Assembly (NCBI GenBank): GCA_963717415.1
Contig: OY970331.1
Coordinates: 730,709 to 794,708, forward strand
DNA: 64,000 bases
Source of the DNA: an uncultured Solirubrobacteraceae bacterium
Lineage (GTDB): Bacteria; Actinomycetota; Thermoleophilia; Solirubrobacterales; Solirubrobacteraceae
Direction of reading: 5' to 3'
Shown: one piece after another, positions 59,205-64,000 of the stretch
Layout: each line of letters opens with the position of its first letter
Numbering within the stretch: position 1 is the first letter of the stretch
Translations under genes and position numbers: made by a program
The notes under the pieces: generated by a model
The model's input: the letters and a program-made list of their open reading frames with translations, nothing else
Database searches by the model: none
Told to the model about the DNA's origin: nothing

Positions 59205-59246
59205 GGGCTCACTCCTTCGTGGTTAGTCACAGGCGGTCTCCAACGC

Positions 59247-59807
59247 TCAGCGCAACGTCACGGCGCACGCGGCGCGACCGCTCTTCTCGAAGTAGCGCTG
59301 GTGGTACTCCTCGGCACGGTAGAACGCCGAGGCGGGGACAATCTCGGTCACGATCTGCTTGCGGCGCTCGGCCTGCTGGCCGCCACGCGAAGCTTCCGCG
59401 GCGACCTGCTGCTGCGGTGAGTGAAAGAAGATCGCCGAGCGGTACTGATTGCCTATGTCCAAGCCCTGGCGGTTGCGCGTCGTGGGGTTGTGCATCTGCC
59501 AGAAGCGCTCTAGCAGCTCCGCGTAGCTGACTTGGGCGGGGTCGAAGTAGACCTCGACCGCCTCGGCATGTCCGGTGGCGTGGCTGCAGACCTGCTCGTA
59601 GGTGGGCTCCGGCGTGCTGCCGCCTGTGTAACCGACGGCTGTCTGCACGACCCCGTCGATCTCACGGAACGCTGCCTCGATGCCCCAGAAGCACCCGGCG
59701 GCGAAGGTCGCGCGCTCGGTGCCCAGCGGACCATCCCCGGCGAAGGGCGGAGCAGCATTCGTCTCGGCAGCGGAGACGTGGCTTGTGTGTCGACGTCTGA
59801 AGAGCAT
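59247..59807 (-). CDS. msrA: peptide-methionine (S)-S-oxide reductase
   Basis: [31 protein letters not shown]. Confidence 0.95.
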   Translation of the reverse strand: MLFRRRHTSHVSAAETNAAPPFAGDGPLGTERATFAAGCFWGIEAAFREIDGVVQTAVGYTGGSTPEPTYEQVCSHATGHAEAVEVYFDPAQVSYAELLERFWQMHNPTTRNRQGLDIGNQYRSAIFFHSPQQQVAAEASRGGQQAERRKQIVTEIVPASAFYRAEEYHQRYFEKSGRAACAVTLR

Positions 59808-60050
59808 TGGGATCCTCTTGTCTCGGCGGTGTCGGCAAGAAACCGGCTGACGTACTGTCTCGCCGGCAACGTCTTTGTTACAAGCGTGGTGAGCTCGATG
59901 CAGGGCTTGGCGACGCAGGAAGCACCACTGGATAGTCGCGCTGCTCACGAGCCGCTTCGTCTCGCGCTGGACGTTGCAGTCGCCTACTGCGCCACGCTTG
60001 GGGTCGGCCATCGCTGGTAAGTAACGGACGGGCTCCGAGCGAGACTGAAG

Positions 60051-60548
60051 ATGGACGTGGACTCGGTACAGAAACCGTCTGCTCGTCACACGGTCGCCCT
60101 GGTGGCCAGACTCAGAGACCCAGGTCGACTCGCGACCCGGCCCGCGGGCTGGGTGCTCACGCTGACGCGTTGGTCAAGTGCGATCGTCTTCGTCAGCTTC
60201 GGATTGGGAAAGTTCATCAATCACGGCTCAGAGGCCGCGTCTTTCAGGGGCTATGGCCTGCCGGCGCCGCAAGCGTTCACGAACCTGATTGGAGTCCTCG
60301 AGCTCCTCGGCGGCCTGCTGCTCCTGGGAGGCCTGGCAACGCGGGTCGCCGCGTTGCTGCTGGCCGCAGACATGGTGGGCGCCATTGTCGTCTCCGGGAT
60401 CCTTCATGGTGAGACGATCAGTCTGACGCTGGCTCCGGCCCTGCTGATCGCCATGCTCGGGCTGGTTGCCCTTGGGCCCGGCAGAGCTTCGCTGGACGCC
60501 TCGCGAGCCCGGAGGCGGAGCCCTCGCCGAGGAGGTGGCGGTCGGTAA
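60051..60548 (+). CDS. DoxX family membrane protein
   Basis: [28 protein letters not shown]. Confidence 0.85.
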   Translation: MDVDSVQKPSARHTVALVARLRDPGRLATRPAGWVLTLTRWSSAIVFVSFGLGKFINHGSEAASFRGYGLPAPQAFTNLIGVLELLGGLLLLGGLATRVAALLLAADMVGAIVVSGILHGETISLTLAPALLIAMLGLVALGPGRASLDASRARRRSPRRGGGGR

Positions 60549-60587
60549 GAAACGCACCAGCTGGCGAGGACGAACCTGGTGAAGCGG

Positions 60588-61520
60588 TCACCGCTCGACG
60601 GTCACAGAGATGCGAAACGCAGCACGAAATGCCTCTCCCGGCGCCAGCATCGGCAGGTCGATGCCGCTGACGAGAGCGTTCGTCTGCGCGGTCATGGGCT
60701 CGAAGCAGATGAAGTCCTCGCCACGCGGTGAGAACACCTGGGCATGCCGATAGCCCTCGAGGAACTCGAGCTCGATCCGACGGCCGACGGCCGACACCGC
60801 GAAACGCGGTGGTTGGGCGAGCCCGTTGAAGGCGTCATCCCAACTGCGTTCTCCAAGCTCGAAGGACGGACAGTCGACCGGCTCGCTGAGTCCAGTAGGG
60901 ATCATGCGCTCGTCGAGCAGCAGCCGGCTCGTGACCGGGAGCTCCACCTGCCAGCTGTCGCGAGCGGAGCCGGGAATCGTGAGATATGGGTGGTAGCCGA
61001 AGGACACGGGCACCGCCACTTCCGGGCCTGCATACATGGTCGTGCCAATGGTCAGCGTCGCGCCGAGAATCCGGGCGTCCAGCTCGAGCCGGTGTGGAAA
61101 GGGAAAGATCGCAAGCAGGCTCGGCCGATCCCACCGCATCTGAGCACGCAGTCTTTGCGCAGCGTGCTCGGGACCGCGCTCGACCAGCTCCCAAGGGAGC
61201 TCACGGGGCATGACACCGTGGATCGGGAGGCCGTTCTCGTCCAGCTCGAGCAGCGGAGTTGCCTTGGGGAGCTCCACCACCGGGTGCGCACCGTTCGCGA
61301 AACCGGCCAGCCGATTGGCCCACGGGTGAAGGAGCGGGATCCCCATCGTGGAGCCGCGCTCGAAGTAGGCGCGCACGCCGTCGCGCTGAGCCAGCACCTC
61401 TTCGCCGTGGTGGCGCAGCGAGCAGCAGACCATGCCGGCGCTTGGGACGAACGTTGCTTGGAAGTCTTGATCTGAGGAGAGGAGGGCGACAGTGTCGAGG
61501 CCGTCTGTCGTCGGAGTCAC
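60588..61520 (-). CDS. aldose 1-epimerase family protein
   Basis: PLLHPWANR, LPIHG, FGYHPY, FICFEPM. Confidence 0.88.
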   Translation of the reverse strand: MTPTTDGLDTVALLSSDQDFQATFVPSAGMVCCSLRHHGEEVLAQRDGVRAYFERGSTMGIPLLHPWANRLAGFANGAHPVVELPKATPLLELDENGLPIHGVMPRELPWELVERGPEHAAQRLRAQMRWDRPSLLAIFPFPHRLELDARILGATLTIGTTMYAGPEVAVPVSFGYHPYLTIPGSARDSWQVELPVTSRLLLDERMIPTGLSEPVDCPSFELGERSWDDAFNGLAQPPRFAVSAVGRRIELEFLEGYRHAQVFSPRGEDFICFEPMTAQTNALVSGIDLPMLAPGEAFRAAFRISVTVER

Positions 61521-62818
61521 GTGGCGGGCTCGGCCTTCGCTCTTCCAAGGGCGCACAGCTGCCCGTCCTCGACCGAGAGGACGGGCGTCGCCGGCGTGGG
61601 CATGGGAAGTGGCGCCGGCGCTTGGCCGGACTCGACCTGCTCCTGATGGCGCAGCAGCGAGAGCCCGAGAAGCGGGAAGACGATCACCGACAAAAGGCCG
61701 GCGGCGATCAAAGCGGCGGCGCTGGCCTGTGTCACGACACCGATCTGCACGCCGATCGCGGTGGCCGCGACGATGAACGGCAGGGACGTCGCCTGGAGCA
61801 CACCCGCGATGAGGGCCCTCGGCCTGCCGATGAGCCGAGCGTAGAGGAGTGCGGGAAGCCCGCGCACTAGCAGCAGGGCGAGCAGGAACAGCGGCACCCG
61901 CGCAACGGTCGACGCGCTCGAGAAGAGGGCGTTCAGATCGAAGTTCAGACCGCTCGTGACGAAGAAGACCGGGATGAAGATGCCGAAGCCGGCTGCCTGT
62001 AGCTTCAGGCGGAACTGCGGGTGGGTCATTGCCTGGTCACGGTCGATCAGCGAGAGCACGGCGCCGGCCGCGAAGGCACCGAGGATGGTCTCGAGTCCCA
62101 CGTTCTCGGCGAGCGCCACGAAGCCGATAAGGAGAACCCATGCGCCACGCACACGGATCTCCGCTGTCGTGTCCTGCAGGCGGACGAGCACCCGCGAGAG
62201 GCTGCCAACGCGCTCGGCACCGGCGATCGCTACCCCGATCAACGCGACAAGCAGCCCGAACACGCCGAGCAGTATCACCTTGCCGGCGGTATCTGTTGAG
62301 CCCTTGCCAGAGAAGAACAGCGATAGCAGGACAATCGTGCCGAGATCGGCGATCGACGCGGCGGCGATCACGAGTTGCCCGAACGTGGATCCGATGTTCT
62401 TCGAGTCCTTCAGCACCGGCACGATCACGCCGAGCGAGGTCGACACCAGGATGATGGCGATGAACAGCGGCGACTTGACGAAGCCGCCCGCAGTCAGCAG
62501 CACCCCCGCGACGATCCCGATGCCGAACGAGACGGCGAAGCCGAGCGCGGTCAGCTCGAGCGTCCGGCCGCGCAGGCGGTCGACATCGACCTCGAGGCCG
62601 GCCAGGAACAAGAGGAACGCAAGGCCAATGAGCGACAGGATCGAGACCGGCAAATCAGCGCTGGCCCAGCCGAGACCCGAGGGGCCGATCACGATACCCA
62701 GCACGATCTCCACAACGATTGCTGGAAGCCTGAGCCGGGGGACGAATCCCAACGCCAGTGGGGCGATGAATGCCACCGCCGCGACGATGAGCAGGTTGGT
62801 GTAGTGCACGGTCACCAT
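61517..62818 (-). CDS. cation:proton antiporter (CPA2/Kef-type)
   Basis: LLFLAGLEVD, STSLGVIVPVLKD, ILGAFAAG, FIPVFFV. Confidence 0.9.
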   Translation of the reverse strand: MVTVHYTNLLIVAAVAFIAPLALGFVPRLRLPAIVVEIVLGIVIGPSGLGWASADLPVSILSLIGLAFLLFLAGLEVDVDRLRGRTLELTALGFAVSFGIGIVAGVLLTAGGFVKSPLFIAIILVSTSLGVIVPVLKDSKNIGSTFGQLVIAAASIADLGTIVLLSLFFSGKGSTDTAGKVILLGVFGLLVALIGVAIAGAERVGSLSRVLVRLQDTTAEIRVRGAWVLLIGFVALAENVGLETILGAFAAGAVLSLIDRDQAMTHPQFRLKLQAAGFGIFIPVFFVTSGLNFDLNALFSSASTVARVPLFLLALLLVRGLPALLYARLIGRPRALIAGVLQATSLPFIVAATAIGVQIGVVTQASAAALIAAGLLSVIVFPLLGLSLLRHQEQVESGQAPAPLPMPTPATPVLSVEDGQLCALGRAKAEPAT

Positions 62819-62896
62819 AGAACAGTGTCTCCGTCCGGGCGCAGACGTTACGCCGCTAGACCCGCATGTCGGTCAGCCTGCGCGAGCTCGACGGCC

Positions 62897-63409
62897 CTAC
62901 TCAAAGCGGTCCCACGGCCACGGATTGGCACTGCCGTAGCGCTCGATCGTGGGCCCCACCGGGGGCAGGGTGCGCCCAAGCACGCCAGCTCCGATCCGCA
63001 GCAATCGTCGGGGGAACACGCGCGCGAAAGGGTCGTCTAGGAGCCGGCCGTGCGCACCCGACCCGCGTGCCACCGTGATCGCGCCCTCGAAGTGGGAGTC
63101 ATCACGCAGCAGGGTGGACACGGCGTCGGCGGGCGTTTGGGCGAGCACGTCGCGACGCGCCTGCTGGACGGCGCGATCGTCGAAGAGCACCCGCACACCT
63201 GGGGGCGCCAGCACAAGCGACACCCAGGCCTCGCCGCCATCGCGATTGATGATGCGCTCGTCGACTCGCAATGCGCCACGCTCCGGCTTAGCCCGCTGAC
63301 GCCAGGCGACAAGCATGCCGGCCGGCGTGCCGTCCTTGCCGAACGCCTCAGCACTGGCCAGCGCGCCCCCGGGCGCCTGCGCGACGAGCGCCAGCCAACA
63401 GCGGTTCAC
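62897..63409 (-). CDS. hypothetical protein
   Basis: GTG start overlapping the upstream peroxiredoxin-like stop (GTGA); GC3-biased ORF. Confidence 0.6.
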   Translation of the reverse strand: MNRCWLALVAQAPGGALASAEAFGKDGTPAGMLVAWRQRAKPERGALRVDERIINRDGGEAWVSLVLAPPGVRVLFDDRAVQQARRDVLAQTPADAVSTLLRDDSHFEGAITVARGSGAHGRLLDDPFARVFPRRLLRIGAGVLGRTLPPVGPTIERYGSANPWPWDRFE

Positions 63410-63915
63410 GGCGTCGGTGCAACCCAATCGAGGCGCACCTCGCGGCTGATCGCACGCAGGTCTGCGACGAGCTCCTGCTCGGTTGGCCTCCCCCAGAACC
63501 AGCCGTTGTAGTCGCTGTGGATCCTCAGGTCCGGATACAGGACGACGACGCGCGGAACGTAGGGATTGTTGAGCGTGTCCGTGGTTTCCAGCAGTCCGAG
63601 CCGCTGCTGAACCTCACGGCTCTCATCGCAGAGAAAGGTCCAACGCGCGCCCAATCCTGCCCTGAAGGCCGCGCTGACGGCCGGCGGGTCGACGCTGACC
63701 GAGACAAACCGCGAGTAGGCCACCTCCGCCTCATCCTGCAGGCGCACCAGACGGGCGAAGAACGCCTGCTCCTTCGGACACCACCAGCCGCGGTAGAACT
63801 GCAGCACGGTTGGGTCGCCGCCGACGAGCTCTGAGAGCCTGCGCCGGTTGCCCGCGTGATCGATCAGCTCGAAGTCGGGGAACGTGTCGCCCGTGCTCAT
63901 CGCTAGCGGGCTCAC
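63406..63915 (-). CDS. peroxiredoxin-like (AhpC/TSA) protein
   Basis: GDTFPDFEL.DH.G..FYRGWWCPKE..SVSVD..WTFLCD. Confidence 0.85.
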   Translation of the reverse strand: MSPLAMSTGDTFPDFELIDHAGNRRRLSELVGGDPTVLQFYRGWWCPKEQAFFARLVRLQDEAEVAYSRFVSVSVDPPAVSAAFRAGLGARWTFLCDESREVQQRLGLLETTDTLNNPYVPRVVVLYPDLRIHSDYNGWFWGRPTEQELVADLRAISREVRLDWVAPTP

Positions 63916-64000
63916 GATACGCCCGTGGACAGCTTGCTCGTCAACTCAGCAAGCGCGAAGTAGAATATCTCCGTGAACGTCGGGAACGGCTGGATCGTGT

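Overview
High-GC, gene-dense bacterial DNA, most likely from an actinobacterium. Thermoleophilia/Solirubrobacterales is my inference, based on several 'MSxxNVE' SnoaL paralogues, many apparent leaderless promoters and the gene families present. It reads as an accessory or plasticity region with about 65 genes and several decayed remnants. I saw no rRNA, intact tRNA, CRISPR array, integrase or transposase. Main blocks: (1) 1-14 kb: hydrolases, ppa, ArsR/SRPBCC, DUF899/DUF2182, a HicA-like/release-factor-like fusion, a LipJ-like cyclase and a penicillin acylase with a beta-solenoid tail. (2) 14-25 kb: a secreted collagen-like protein, topoisomerase IB, a GGDEF protein and a STAND adenylate cyclase flanked by SnoaL genes. 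(3) 25-33 kb: an acyl-CoA catabolic operon and a cold-shock gene, interleaved with degenerate tRNA-Met 3' halves and tandem 'ttgcaccc' repeats that resemble orphan integrase attachment sites. (4) 33-47.5 kb: an uncharacterised membrane-protein cluster centred on a MalT-like LuxR regulator, with DUF2252 and two inverted DUF1269 paralogues. (5) 47.9-53.2 kb: a sulfur-handling module (OsmC <- -> ArsR, MMPL, SQR, TusE/DsrC-like, DsrE2). (6) 53.8-64 kb: SDR/MarR, a tRNA-Ala 3' half inside an 11-bp inverted repeat, a Rieske-TPP fusion, msrA/msrB, an antiporter and a peroxiredoxin-like gene. The best candidates for undescribed systems are the MMPL-coupled SQR sulfur module, the tRNA-fragment att-like array, the MalT/DUF1269/DUF2252 cluster and the HicA/release-factor-like fusion. 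All family calls come from motif recognition by eye; no searches were run.
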